Part shown: positions 1-13,091 of the stretch, piece by piece
Layout: every line of letters begins with the position of its first letter
How positions within the stretch are numbered: position 1 is the stretch's first letter
Origin: Oikopleura dioica
Lineage: Eukaryota > Animalia > Chordata
Length of the DNA: 64,000 nt
Assembly: GCA_907165135.1 (NCBI GenBank)
Contig: OU015569.1
Coordinates: forward strand, 7,564,001 to 7,628,000
Reading direction: 5' to 3'
Notes under the pieces: generated by a model
Told to the model about the DNA's origin: nothing
Databases searched by the model: none
Seen by the model: only the letters and a program-made list of their open reading frames with translations
Translations under genes and position numbers: made by a program

Positions 1-1073
1 AAACGAGCGGATATGGGCGGCCATATAGAATTGACCTTGACAAAATTCTCCCATGTAGAATTCACTCCCTCAAATCAGCTTTCGTTTCAGCGAAAACATC
101 GGCTTATTGCTTCACAAAATATATTTTGGTTTTGTGAAAGCATTTCTGGCGGAAGTAGACAACCTTTTGAGAAAGTTTTTATTGGCGTCAGGCCAGGGTT
201 TTCGGCGCCCTATGAGATTTATACTGAAGTCACAAATAGGATTAAAGTTTATTGGATCTCTAGAATACGTTCTCACTTTTCGCGCTTACCGATATCGACT
301 TACAGCACTTGTTGACTGTCAATTATTGCGTCTGCATTTCGAAAGTGTCCAAGTTCAAAGTAGAAGCTTCTTCATCAACTAGCGATTTAAACAATATGAT
401 CTGTTAAATATTCCGGAATTCATGCTTCACTGGTCACTAATAAATCCTGAAGGAATATAAAAGTTATTGTAATTCGAATTTTATATTTCGGAATCTTCAA
501 GTTCTTTTCAGCTCAGCGACGTCAAGACACCTTCCTCCACACTTTAAAACGGTGCTTCAAAAAAGGAGGATGCGTGGGATAAAATTAATAAAAAATGAAA
601 TGTAGCTAGATGGCCTGGAAAGCCTCATTGTGGTGAGGTGGCTGGCTCATCTGTGGCTGGCTACGTAATTAGCTCCGACTGAGGTGATGCTCCGGTGTTG
701 ACATAAATCTAACCGTCAATTCTGCGGCGCACTTCTTTGTATTTGCGGTGCTGAATACAGCGAGCGCGGACGCATACAGTGACGTTCGTGTTTGAGCAGC
801 TGAACGCCAAAATTTCAGCAATTCTCTCTTCGCGCCTCTTCCTCACCTGTTCCTGGCAATATGATACTGTGTCTTCCTCTTGAACTAATACACTCTTTAG
901 AACTTTAAACATAATACTATTCGCTGACAAAACATGAATTTTATTTGAAGAAATTTAAAGTTATTTCATTTCCCCGTGCAATGCTCAATTTTCGCAAAAT
1001 GGGTCAAAAATCACAAGCAATTATTTTTAATATTTTCCATTGGAAACGTTCCGATAATCGGTCAATTCTTAAG

Positions 1074-4000
1074 GAAGGTATTCTACACGACCTTCGAGCA
1101 AGTGACTGTGGATGAGGAAGTAACTGTCTATTCCTGTTGCGCCGGATGGGCAGAAGGAAGCGATCCTGGATGTACTGTACAAGTTTGCGGAGCGGGAGCT
1201 TGTTTTCACGGCGGCTATTGCTCCAAGGATGGCAAAAGGTAACGTCCTGAGCTTACGTTATGTTCTCTTTTTATTCTAGGAAATAGTTGTTAACTTATTT
1301 GCTTAGCTGTATTTGTAAAAATGGATGGACAGGAGACCGCTGTGAGCGAGATATTAATGAGTGCGAAGTCGGCAACGGACAGTGCTCGCACCAATGCTGC
1401 AACCTTGTAGGCAGTTACAAATGTAGCTGTCCACAAGGGTGGATTTTACTCGATGATGAGCGCACATGCTCTGACATCGACGAATGCCAGGAGCGGAACG
1501 GAGGCTGTGCCCATCAGTGTCACAACGTCGACGGAGGCTATCAATGCTCTTGCGACGTCGGATACAAGCTCCACAACGATCAACGTTCGTGTCTTCCGGT
1601 CAACCGATGCGCGCGAGGAAAGGCTTGTCTAATTATTGATGAGGATCTCCTCTCGACTTATTTTTCCGATATGATTTTGAAATGCCAGCGAAAGATAATG
1701 GCAATTGCGCTCAAAAGTGTATTGTGTTGAACGAACACAGCTTCAAGTGCGACTGTGAAGACGGCTTTGTACTTTCAGAAAATGGACGTAATTGCGAATT
1801 GGAAGATCCTTGCCTGAGAAACAATGCCGGCTGCCAACACAACTGCCAGTCTGTCGGGCAACAAGCAGTCTGTTCCTGCGATGCTGGTTTTCAACTCGGC
1901 CGAGATGGCAAGAAGTGTGTCGACATCGATGAGTGTGCCACTGACAATGGAGGTTGTTCGTTTATGTGCACAAATACAGAGGGCAGCTTCTTCTGTAGCT
2001 GTCAAGATGGTTATGAAGTGGGTGAGGACGGTTTCACCTGCTACAAGGTTGTGATCGAGCTCATTAGCAGAAAAAAGGTAATTTATTTACCATTGACATA
2101 TAACAACGTCAAAGCTCGTTTACAGTCATCGCGAATGCGATAATTTCCGAATTAATACATCGTGAGCGATTTTACGGAACATTACAGTTTTAATGCAATG
2201 TTTGGGAAGCAAAAAAGAGCAGCGCTATCAACACTAGCCTTAGCGATGATTTAAGCCTAAGCCAAAAAGTCAATGTTTATATAAGAATATTTAGAGATGT
2301 CAACCAGGACGCGACGGATGTCAACATTCATGCTCAGAAGACAGTGGCGAGGCGATTTGCAAGTGCCGTGATGGCTTTCAGCTTGAGGTCGACGGTAAAA
2401 GGAAAATGATTCAAATGCTATCATTTTTACAATGATCTGACTTCATAATTATAAGTTTGATTAATACTGGTTGTTACATCCGACATAAAAGTGATTGAAC
2501 CTTAAAAAAGTTGTCGAGACATTGATGAGTGCGCAACTGGGCGACACAAATGCCAGCATCAGTGTCGAAATATTATCGGCAGTTACGAATGCTCCTGCCG
2601 TCCTGGATTTGCGGTAGGATTTACTTAGGAAGCAGATTTTATCCAAATACAAACTTTTAGAAATAAGATTATTGTAAGCATTGAAGCCGAATCTTTTTAG
2701 TCATTATTGATGAATAAAAATAGAAATAATGATTTTTACAGATATCGGCCGACGGGGTTACTTGTGAAGACGTGAACGAATGTTACGATCAAAACGGTGG
2801 TTGTGATCACATTTGTAATAATGCTCAAGGTAAATTTGAAAGCCTGAAAGGCCAAAAACAAGATGATTATTCCCTTATGCTATACTTATCTCATTTAAAC
2901 CGTCATATAAGCTTAGCAAATGGACGTAAAATCCACACAAAGCTGGAGGGAGTGGAGCAGCTAGCACCAGCTGAGCTTACTACCGGGTGATCCCTCCCTA
3001 AACATCATTCAGATTGACATCAACTTGATCAGTGGATCATTTTTAAGATCCCATGCCAGCATTTTCTCATGCTCCTTCGAATAATTCTGTATGCGGTATA
3101 ATGGCTTTTTTACAAACTAAGATTTCCGAAAACGCATAAGTCAAAACTCATGACTTATGAAATTAATAATTATTAGGTACCTACACATGCGCCTGTGGAG
3201 GAGGTTTCGTGCTTGGTCGGGATGGACGCAGTTGCTCCAGAATCGATAATGACGAATTCTCCTATCACACCTCATCCTCCTCCCTCTCGTTTTTATCGTC
3301 ATACGACTACCGCTCTAGGCCAGACAAGAACAGCACAATTGTCCGTCGATATTTGAAGACACCTCCTGACCTGCTCACCGGAATAATTATCGAAAGATGT
3401 GCTCCAGGCAATTTCGGTGAAGACTGCAAACTTACTTGTGACGAGTGTAAAAATGGCACCTGTTCGGAAATAGCGGATGGTTGTATTTGTAATCCCGGGT
3501 GGGAAGGAGATCTTTGCGACAAAAAATGTAACGAGGGATTTTTCGGACAAGATTGCGCCAACGAATGCGAATGCAAAAATGGAGGCAGCTGCGACCACGT
3601 TACAGGAGAATGCAAATGTCCAACGGGCGTTTTCGGCGAATTCTGCGAAGATGGGTGCCAGTCAGGTAGGGTTGCATCTTTTATCGAAATTTACAAATAT
3701 GTGGATCACAATGATAACTTTCAAAAGGTCGCTGGGGCGAGGACTGCCAAAAGCGGTGCAAGTGTGGCCCAGGTGGAGGCCGCTGCAATCGAAAGTTCGG
3801 TGCTTGCTTCTGCGCACCTGGGCGCTATGGGAAAAATTGTCATCTTAGGTGTCCCAAGTTTACGTTTGGCAGCGGGTGCACCGAGAAGTGCTCGTGTAAT
3901 AAGCGTCGCTCGTTTGGATGTAATCCTGTCAGGCACTGGCTTTGATCTAAAGCAACATAATGCCTAAAACTTTTTGGCTAGGAGCAGGGCTGCCGAATTC

Positions 4001-7000
4001 GGAGCATTTGCGTTTACCCGGGATTTTTTTGGCGGATCATCCGCTGATTTTCTCCGTTTCTCCGCGCTGTTCTCCGATCCTCCGATCGTCCGATTTTCTC
4101 GGCCGCGCGGATTTCCCGCGATTACCCGCTACCCTTTTTTCTAGCCAATCAAAAGAGTGGAACACCCTTTAATTTCGTCTTTTGAGCAGAAATTTCGGCG
4201 GATCATCCGCGATTCTCCGTTCCCTTTTCTCCGCTGAAAACCGGCGGATCTTACGTGAAAAAAACTGCGGATTTTCCGTGAAAAACCTACGGAAATTCCG
4301 CCGAAAAAATCGCGGGTAAACTCAAACGCTCCGAATTCAGCAGCCCTGGCTAGGAGTAAAAACAACTCTAACAAAAATGCTTTCAAATTCATTTATTCGT
4401 TGTATTTCTTCCTTTGTAAGCTTAATCGGAGGTTCTTTTTGAAAGTCGTAAAATAATTGATAGTAAATTGTTTCGTGTTTGAGTTTGTCGTGACGTGTTC
4501 GATTGTAAAAGCCCTTGGAAGTGGAAAATGCCGCTGTTTGAGCGGATTCACCGGAAACAAATGCGAAGATACTTGCGCTATCGGGACATATGGCAGATCG
4601 TGTGCCCAAAAATGCAAATGCGCTGAAGGCGTGCCCTGTCATCCTCGCTCTGGTCGCTGCGTACGTAAATGTCCACCGGGCCGCCAAGGACTCAGATGCC
4701 AGAAAACATGCAATCCTGGTTATTTCGGACATAACTGCCGACAAAAGTGCTCATGTTCGAAGAAAAATGCCTCTGGGTGCGACGCCCGCACTGGTAAATG
4801 CATATGTAAGGCGGGCTTCCTTGGCAACGATTGCAGCAGCTCTTGCCCAGCTGGTTTTTACGGAATGAATTGCAAAAGCAAGTGCACTTGCTTAAATGGC
4901 ACGTGTGACAGCGAAGACGGTTCGTGCATTTGTTCCGCTGGCTTTATTGGACCGAATTGTGGACAGGTAATTGTGGCACTTCGAAATAACATTATCGAAA
5001 AGTCAAAAAATATAGAGCACTTCATTTTTGTTTAGCCCTGCGCTGACGATAGGTGGGGAATCAGTTGTGTGGCGCTCTGTCAGTGTGGCAATGGGAAGTG
5101 TAATCCGATTGACGGGACGTGCACCTGTCCTCCTGGATTTAGCGGCAAGAATTGCGAGCGAACATGTCAAATGGGCACTTATGGACAAGGGTGCACCAAA
5201 ACCTGCCACTGTCAGGGATCGGAGCCATGTGATCCAGTGACCGGTGCTTGTGTTTGCGATGCTGGTAGAACCGGCGCAAGGTGCGATCGTCAATGCCCAG
5301 AAGGTTCTTATGGGGTTGGTTGTGCCCAAAAGTGCTCGTGTCAGAATGGCGCTAAATGTGATCCTATTTCTGGTGCGTGTTCATGTTCGCCAGGCTACCA
5401 CGGCGTAATTTGTGAACGACCTTGCCCGGATGGCTTCTGGGGATTATCTTGCCGGAATAATTGCAACTGTGGAAACAGTGGCAGTCACTGTAATCATGTC
5501 ACTGGTTTATGCACCTGTTCATCTGGTTTCTACGGCGATGACTGCCTCCAAGTTTGCCCCTCTGGTAGCTTTGGCGAGAATTGTCAGCAAATCTGTAGCT
5601 GTGGCGAAGGCGCTTCAAGCTGCGATCCATTCACCGGCGAATGCCAGTGTAAGCCTGGTTACACGGGCCTCAGATGTGACAAATGTAACTAACAGAGCGA
5701 AATATGCTGAATTAACAGGAGTTTAGTTTGTGAAAGCGGGATGTGGGGATTACGTTGTGAAAACCGATGCAATTGTCGAAATGGCGGTCAGTGTGACGCG
5801 CAGACAGGTGTTTGCCAATGCGCTGATGGATGGATGGGCTCAAAATGTGAACTGCCATGTCAAGACGTGAGTTTTTAGATTAGCCCCTTTGAACTTGGCG
5901 ACGCCGGATCTAACGGACTCAATAGGGCTATTATGGTGCCGGATGTTCGACTACTTGCGGATGTCTCAATGGGGGTAAATGTGACGGTGATGGCCAATGC
6001 AGATGTCTAGACGGATACGTCGGCGACCAGGTAAATTTTTCTATTTTGTAGAGCTTCTCATCGTTTAGTGTCAATCGCCGTGCGAAGACGGGACTTGGGG
6101 TACTGACTGCAAGCAACAATGCAAATGCGAAAATGGTGCATCAAATTCGTGTGATAATGAAACTGGCAAGTGTAACTGTCTTCCTGGATGGCGTGGTAAA
6201 AATTGCGAGCTTCCGTGTTTGCCGGGATTTTTTGGTAAAGGATGTGAGCAAAAATGCTCTTGCAAAAACAGCGAACCATGTCATCATGTAACTGGTAGAT
6301 GTTCCTGTCCTCCAGGTCTAACAGGCTATGGATGTCATCGGGCCTGCCCCAACGGACGCTTCGGCATTGCTTGTGAGCAGATGTGCGCCTGTGAGAATGA
6401 AAACTCAGAATGCTCTCCAGTTGATGGAAGATGCACTTGTTCGTCAGGATGGACGGGGAAGAATTGTGATGAAGAATGCTCCGAAGGTCTTTGGGGTCCA
6501 AATTGCTCAGAAGTTTGCCTTTGTCCTGATGGACAGTGCGATCGAATTTCAGGGCAATGTCGAACATGTGCTCCTGGACATATTGGTCCTGATTGTGAGC
6601 AGCGGTGTACATCGTATTTTTGGGGAAGTGGCTGTGCACAGGTAGGCGTTCATCTTATGAGTCGGATAAAATATATTTAACAGATATGTACTGCTATGGC
6701 AGCAGATGCTGGAGCTTGCAAACGTCCTGATGCTACGATCAAAAGATCGAATAGTGATCTTTGTGCGAGAATCGATTGCGGAGAAGGTGGTTGGTGCGAT
6801 GACGGTAAATGCTATTGCCCTGCAGGAAGAACTGGAACAAGATGTAAAGATGTTTGTCCTCAAGGAACTTGGGGTGTTGCATGCTTGCAGCAATGTAATT
6901 GCGGGCTCGGTGGTAGCTGTGACCCCACCACCGGAAGCTGCTCATGCGGAGTCGGACTTACCGGACCAACTTGCAGCCGTGAATGCCCCGACGGTAGATA

Positions 7001-7532
7001 ATATAGAAAGTTCAAAAATACATACATCTCAGGTACGTGGGGACTGTCGTGCAAAAACATTTGTCAGTGCCAATGGAAAAATACTGAGAAATGCCATGGA
7101 GCAACAGGAAGATGCTTTTGCAAAGCAGGAATGACTGGCGATCATTGCACGCAAGGTAAATATTCTAGTATTTCTAAGAGAAAAAAGAAACTTAATCACA
7201 CACAAGAGTGCGATGATGGTCGCTGGGGTCGAGGATGCCAATCTAGATGTGACTGCGGTGGATACCTATGCGACAAAGAAAATGGAAAGTGCTTCTGTCC
7301 GCCTGGGTTTATGGGACCCAAGTGCGCCACAGGTTTCGCTATCAAATAATCTGCTGCCGTTTTAATTTGTGTTTTCTAAGAATGCACTGGAGGAAGCTAC
7401 GGGCCCAATTGCTCGTTACCTTGTCAATGTGAACATAGTGCGTACTGTGCAGGTGACACTGGGCGGTGCCACTGTCGACCGGGCTGGGGCGGCCCTCGAT
7501 GTCAAGTTCGAATTAGCTACATTGCTCGCTGA
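1074..7532 (+). CDS. MEGF6: MEGF6-like multi-EGF extracellular protein (EMI C-terminal half, Ca-binding EGF repeats, long array of laminin-type EGF repeats), multi-exon; 5' end unresolved
   Basis: Exon ORFs give [23 protein letters not shown] (EMI end), repeated DINEC/DIDEC cbEGF units (1308-2830), then more than 20 CxxGxYGxxC-C-CxNGxxCxxxTGxCxCxPGxxG units to [10 protein letters not shown] (TGA 7530-7532). No TM segment seen. The architecture matches MEGF6; orthology was not tested. Confidence 0.85.
3985..4348. mobile_element. hAT-type MITE (364 bp) in a MEGF6-like intron
   Basis: Starts CAGGGCTGCCGAATTCGGAGCATTTGCGTTTACCCG and ends CGGGTAAACTCAAACGCTCCGAATTCAGCAGCCCTG (about 50-bp imperfect TIR). 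Exact 8-bp TSD GCTAGGAG at 3977-3984 and 4349-4356. CAG termini with an 8-bp TSD are typical of hAT. No coding capacity. Confidence 0.9.
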
Positions 7533-7993
7533 CAAACTGAAGCCTGATAAAAACTCAAAAACTCATTCGACCCTTTCACGAACCTCACCGTGACCTTAGC
7601 TGGGCTACACACACAGTTCACGGGTCAATTTATTGGACTACAAATGGTCTTTCAATTAGCATCATTAGCGTGCGGTCATTCTTAGTCGTGTCCATTAAAT
7701 GGAATTTTTACTTTCTATCGAATCAAGACTGTTTATGAAGCCCAGTTCACTAGTTCACCAGCCGTACTATTCCAATCTGCCACTCAACTCACAACCTAAT
7801 TAGTTAGAAGATCTCTGACAAACCTGCTTACCCTTCTTGACGCAAGCTATTAAAAAGATATCTGTACATTGAACGAAAAACCCTCAATTCATCAACCAAG
7901 CCTGTAAAGTAATATTGATAAGTCGTATTTAACCTGTCCCATATAATATGTCAATAAAAATGAATATGACTTTATTTTCAACAGTTTAAAAAA

Positions 7994-8769
7994 TCAGTCT
8001 CTACAGGTCGTTCGGAACTCATCGTCGATAGTATATTTGTTTCTCTTCAGTTCCTTCAGAATACGGCAAATTTGACGTTTCATTTCTTTTAACTCGCTTC
8101 TAATTGAAACCGAAGTTTGGATCATTAAGAACTCTAGATTCCAAACCTTTTGAGGCCATCCCTTCCAGGTTCACCAACATCTCCTTACACCAGGATCAAC
8201 TAACGTATCAAATCAAGTCATTGTTTTATTCGTCTTTGATCCTTTTTGGGGCTCTTGCTCTGTCTGTCTATTGAGAATTGTCGATTTCAAACTTCCTCAA
8301 CACTGAAGAAATGACCCCTTCCTGAACTATTTTGCCTTCTACACCTGGCTTTCCGGGTTTACCGGACATTCCATAATTTCCACGGGTTCCTTGCGGTCCT
8401 GCCTGTCCCTTTTCGCCTTTTTCACCAGCAGGTCCATCTGCTCCAGGGGGTCCCTTTGCGCCGCGTGGACCTGTTGGACCCATTTCGCCAGTTAACCGAA
8501 GGCAGTTATTCATAGAAGCGAAAAAAAATTTCTTTGTTAAAATATAAATTTGAAAATGACATATTATAAGCGCTTCTGTGAATGACTGCTCAGAGCAGCT
8601 TCGCCCTTTTCCCCTTTGATCCCTGAATTTGTTTTCATTCCAACGTTCAAGCCATCATTTCCATCAAACCTCGTATAGGCTCGAGAATGAGATTTTCCTT
8701 TATTTCTTCATTTTCATTCTGAGTTGAAACAATGCTTATCAAAAAGAAAAGTGCAATAGACAATTTCAT
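7994..8769 (-). CDS. Short secreted collagen-like protein (signal peptide, about 25 Gly-X-Y triplets, C-terminal Cys-containing helical domain)
   Basis: ATG 8769 gives MKLSIALFFLISIVST (signal peptide) ... GIKGEKGEA; ORF 8268-8513 gives GEMGPTGPRGAKGPPGADGPAGEKGEKGQAGPQG...; then GDVGEPGRDGLK and last exon ELKEMKRQICRILKELKRNKYTIDDEFRTTCRD* (stop 7994-7996). One splice junction could not be resolved. Confidence 0.8.
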
Positions 8770-9001
8770 TATTGTTCTCTGCTGATCTACTGAGTCACTT
8801 TCAATTTTACTTCACTGCCAAAGGTCATTTCACACATTTGGCACTGAAACAACTGAAGGAAAACTTTTATTCTAGCTTCGGTAGTCAGGTAAATTCGGTA
8901 GGCAGTAAGTAGTCATGTAGCGTGGAATATTTGAATTTCAGGTAGCAAAAGATATCGGGAGATCTGGGATTTCTGTCTTTATAAAAAGGCTGTTTTCGTT
9001 G

Positions 9002-11299
9002 TTAAAAAGAATTGGAACATCTGAAATAGGTCATTTTTTCAAGAGCTCCATGATTAAAACCAATTAATCTTGTAAAAATGACCTTTCCTTCAAGACCTGG
9101 TGGATCAAGTGGGGGTTTATCGAAGGAATCTTCCATTGCCGTAACAGATGGGGATCGATCATCAATGTTTTCGACCTCGGGGTCTTCATCCATATTTTCT
9201 TGATTTGCCATAGAGTCGTTTTCATTTTCAGTTTCTGTTTCTGTAATTTGCGATTGCACCATTTCCCCATCATTAGCAAGTTGATCAACACCTGAATTCG
9301 GAAGCTCGTCGACCATATTATTCTTGGATTCTGGAACCGTGTCCCTTGAGTGAAAAGTCAGTCGCCTATATCTATCAGAAAAAATAGAATTCTTACCACT
9401 TAGAATGAAAATTTTTGAATGCGATTCTCGAGTAAGCTGCGTGCGCTTCCTGAGTAGTTCCTGCGTAGCTGACTTTTCCTTTAGCAGTGTTAATAGCTGT
9501 GCTATAGCCTATAGCGGAAATAACTGAAACTTTAAGCTTAAACACTGTCCTTTCAGCACATCGTGGCAGTGAGTTCTAAGAACTTTGAATGGCCGGTCAC
9601 AAATGAAACAGAAATTCTTGTTTTCGTCAACGTAGTATCTTTTGCAATGTTGGTCGTCCTCGATGTGAACAATCAGTTCCTCCCAGCTTTCAAAAACGGC
9701 TCGGCACGAGGCACATTCTCCAGTTAAGAGACATCTGCTTTCGTTAAGATTAGGAACATTGTTGTCGACTTTTGCTAGGCGGCTCTCCACGCTAGGAATG
9801 CTTCCAGAGCTTTTTCGTAGCAATCTCCTTCTAAATTTTCAGATAAATCATCAAAATGTAAAATAATCAATAAATTTAACAGAAAATTAATAAATTGGCA
9901 GAAGTGAATAATTGATTCACTTCATTAAAGTTGAACGCTTCAACTAGAAAGATTAAATACAATATTCTTACGAGGAGTTTTCTGTGCTAGTATCGGGTAA
10001 GGGAAGAGTTTCTGAATGTTCACTGGTTCTCGCCCGCTTAGCTGGTAATTCCGTCGATTTGTCAAGGTTCTCTTCGGTCTCCGCCTCTTTTTCTGTATCT
10101 TCTCTAGCGTGCTTATTGTTCGTTATTTCTTTGATAACGTTGGTGGAAGTACTAGGTTGTTGTTTCAAGACATCGAGCTCATTGCCAAGTTCCTGTTTAC
10201 ATTAATTTAAAATAGTATCTATAAATGAAAGTTACCTTGCAAACGTGGCTAGTGGTATTCCACTCGAGCACTTCATAAAAGGCCGGATTGTGAATTTCAG
10301 GGTGCTTATGTGCTAGCTTCCATATTCTTGCTCCGCCTCCATGATAGAGTCCCATGTCAGAATCTCGTACTTTTAGAGAATGAACCGTTTTGCAGGAAGG
10401 CTCGCAGCAATACACAAGGAAAGAACCGTCTTTTTTCAGGTTTTTATACTAAGATAGACTCATTCGTGCAAATTAAAATAAATCATAATGAAACTATCAG
10501 ATCCCCTTATGCCAGGGTCTCTGGCCCAAAATGCTGTCAAAAGTATCATTATCGAGCAATTAACCATTCACGATTTTTATATTCGAGATGAGCCCTTCCT
10601 TCATGCATCTGATGGATCCATTAACTTTTACATAGAATCGGATTCCGTTTGCGTTCGTCCGAGCTATGTAAATAAGGTTCGGCTTTTTTAATGTTCCATC
10701 ATCTTGATACACATCCCTGAACTCATCCTTCTTCTCAGCGATGCTTGAAATAGTTCGGAAATGCATGATATATTTATAGAAAGAAAAGACGAGTATTTTC
10801 CGGGGACGGTCCCCTTTTATTAAAATCAATTGAGAATTTTTGTATCATTTCTTAACCTTCCTTTCGAGCTCGTCTTCATTCTTCCGCTTTCGGCCTTGGG
10901 AAGTAGTCTTCTTAGCATTCGATTCCCCGGGAGTTTGAATCGCTGTTATGGTTCAAGAAGTCTTTTGATTGAAGCTTATAGGATCTATTGAATTAAAAAA
11001 AAAGTTTTCTGAACCATCCCTTTCTGTTCTGGTTTGCTGGTATTGCCCTCGGTAATGGCGCTCTTCGCATTCTCTTCGTTGTCTTCAATCGCCTCGGGAG
11101 CACCAGCAAGCTAAACAAAAAAGTTATTTTCCCACAAATGAGAAAGTTGCGGAATAACCTCTCTCGCATATTCCCAGTGTTCCTGGATGAGCCGGTCGTC
11201 TCCCAAACGTTGCAAGTAGCAACGCAGGTGGCCCAGTGGCCCCTTCGCGCCGTCGACATGTCTTTCACACAAGATTAAACAATATTTGTTTTTAGCCAT
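9002..11299 (-). CDS. Uncharacterised multi-exon nuclear-type protein with Zn-finger-like motifs and acidic low-complexity linkers
   Basis: Chain of minus-strand ORFs (11111-11299, 10993-11268, 10560-10829, 10197-10415, 9968-10168, 9509-9823, 9002-9316) separated by intron-sized AT-rich gaps. Motifs CCEPSC-x27-HKH, CASC-x12-H-x5-H and CFICDRPFKVLRTHCH. Confidence 0.6.
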
Positions 11300-13091
11300 T
11301 TAAAAACTAAAAAAGAGAACGTATACTATTCATTAGAAAATCTCTCCTGGTAAGCCCGGCTAAAGTATCCAACCATTGACAGGCGGTCTTTTTCGGCTTT
11401 ATTCTCGATTCAATTTGTCAGTTACAATTTCCAAGACTCAAATTTTTATTGTTTTGCACATTCTCAATATTAAAATTATTAAAGTTTATTTTTAAATTTT
11501 TAAATTATTTTTATTTTTCTAATTTTTTTAAAGCTTTCCTGCGCATCTTCACTTCGATGCTTGATAGTTCTCTGGAAAGACGCGTCGATCAAATTAAAGT
11601 CCGCCATTTATTTCCGGTCGTGGACAAATGCGGGAAAAATTTATTCAATTCGCGTCTCCAAAAAGCTTATAATCAGATCGAGCTGTCGTAATGTCGGTCG
11701 ACGGGCCTAGATATGCTTCTATTGGCTGGAATACAGTGGTCTTTCATTATTGGCTAATTCGCGGAAATCCGTTGAGTTAGGTTCTGGAAATTCAGATTCC
11801 AATTCAACCTGAATTGAGGAAATTTTCCCATGCCGATAAATTTAGACAAAAAAAGTCACATGTTGGGAAATCACGTGATCCCGGGGAAAATATTTCCACG
11901 GAATTTCAATTTTATTTGCGTTTCTGGCCGATTATCGGGCATAATTACCAAGGGAATTTAAAACTTTGCCTAATGTTATCGTAGTTGAGTGAGTAATTGT
12001 TTATACTAGTTGTTTGAGAATAGGAAATATTCTCGTGCTGAAGCTTGGGAGTATTTTTGAGTCAGCATATTGGATTCTACGTTTCTTTCATTTGATAGTG
12101 TTTCATCAGGGAGGGTATCGTTTTTCTTTCTCCGTTTCTTCCCAACACTGCCAAAACTAACACCTTCACAGAGCGCGTTTTTCGGTCTTGAAGTTGACTC
12201 AATTCTTTATTTCTCGATTTTGAAGTTGAGTGTTTGTGGACAGTCCTAGTCGACGGAAGTCGCTGTGATTGATCGCTTTTGACTCCTCAGCTCTTTATCA
12301 GAGAAGCTGGAGACGGTCTTCGGCCAATCCTTCACACAAAGAGAGAAAGAAATAAACTAACTCGAAAGGTACTTCTTCATAAAAGTACAATCTGGCAGCC
12401 GGGCAGTTTTTTTACAACTTATTTATGATGAGCTCCGATTTCGGATCAGCAGAGCGAAGCGAGCCACTTACTGAAATTAGCCTAAATTTAACAAAGTGTA
12501 ATTTTTTATTTGCTCTCCGTTTTGCATATTAGCTAAGCCGTTTTATCTTTGAAATACTCTCCAGATGAATGTTTGCACGAAAATGCGAGAAACGGCGAAA
12601 TTTTAGCAGAGGTATTCTTTGAAGGAAGCACAGAAGTTTGCAACATCTCTAAAATAATATAATTTGCGTGAATATTCAAGTTTAAATACTGGGCAAGTTC
12701 AACAACTCAGCAGATTTAAAATGAATTAACATCGCTGAGAGAACAAATGGAGAAACACAAGAGAATTATATTTGCACTTGACCATTTTTTCGACTATATG
12801 TGCCCAAACAAGCGATATTGATCTCGAGGCGTGATGAATTCGCTGCTCCCTTCAGGCTGGGTTAGCACGTGACTCATCCCTATTTTACTTGCGTGATAGA
12901 ATAAGAAGCCCAGAAGCTAAAGAAAGCATTTTTAGCTCGCGAAGAAAATCTTGGAAATCGAAAATAGGAAGACCAAAAGAGAGCTTTCAATGAAGAAAAT
13001 TTGGCATTAAAAGAGCTTTTATGCGATTTACATCAAGGAATCGGATCTGCTTAATTTATGTAATTATAATTTATTTAAACCAGGAGGGAGA

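Noticed and set aside
709-930. Minus-strand ORF whose C-x5-V...C-I-Q spacing resembles the missing N-terminal half of the EMI domain, suggesting an inversion
   Set aside because: The similarity is weak, no inversion breakpoints are visible, and a plus-strand signal-peptide-like frame (HFFVFAVLNTASA) is an equally plausible first exon; unresolved.
12872-12886. Spliced-leader RNA gene (ACTCATCCC-like start)
   Set aside because: Only about 9 nt match the larvacean SL as I recall it; the rest of the leader, donor and Sm site are absent.
11700-13060. Additional gene between the Zn-finger and GT31 genes
   Set aside because: Short protein-like stretches occur on both strands, but no consistent spliced ORF could be built.
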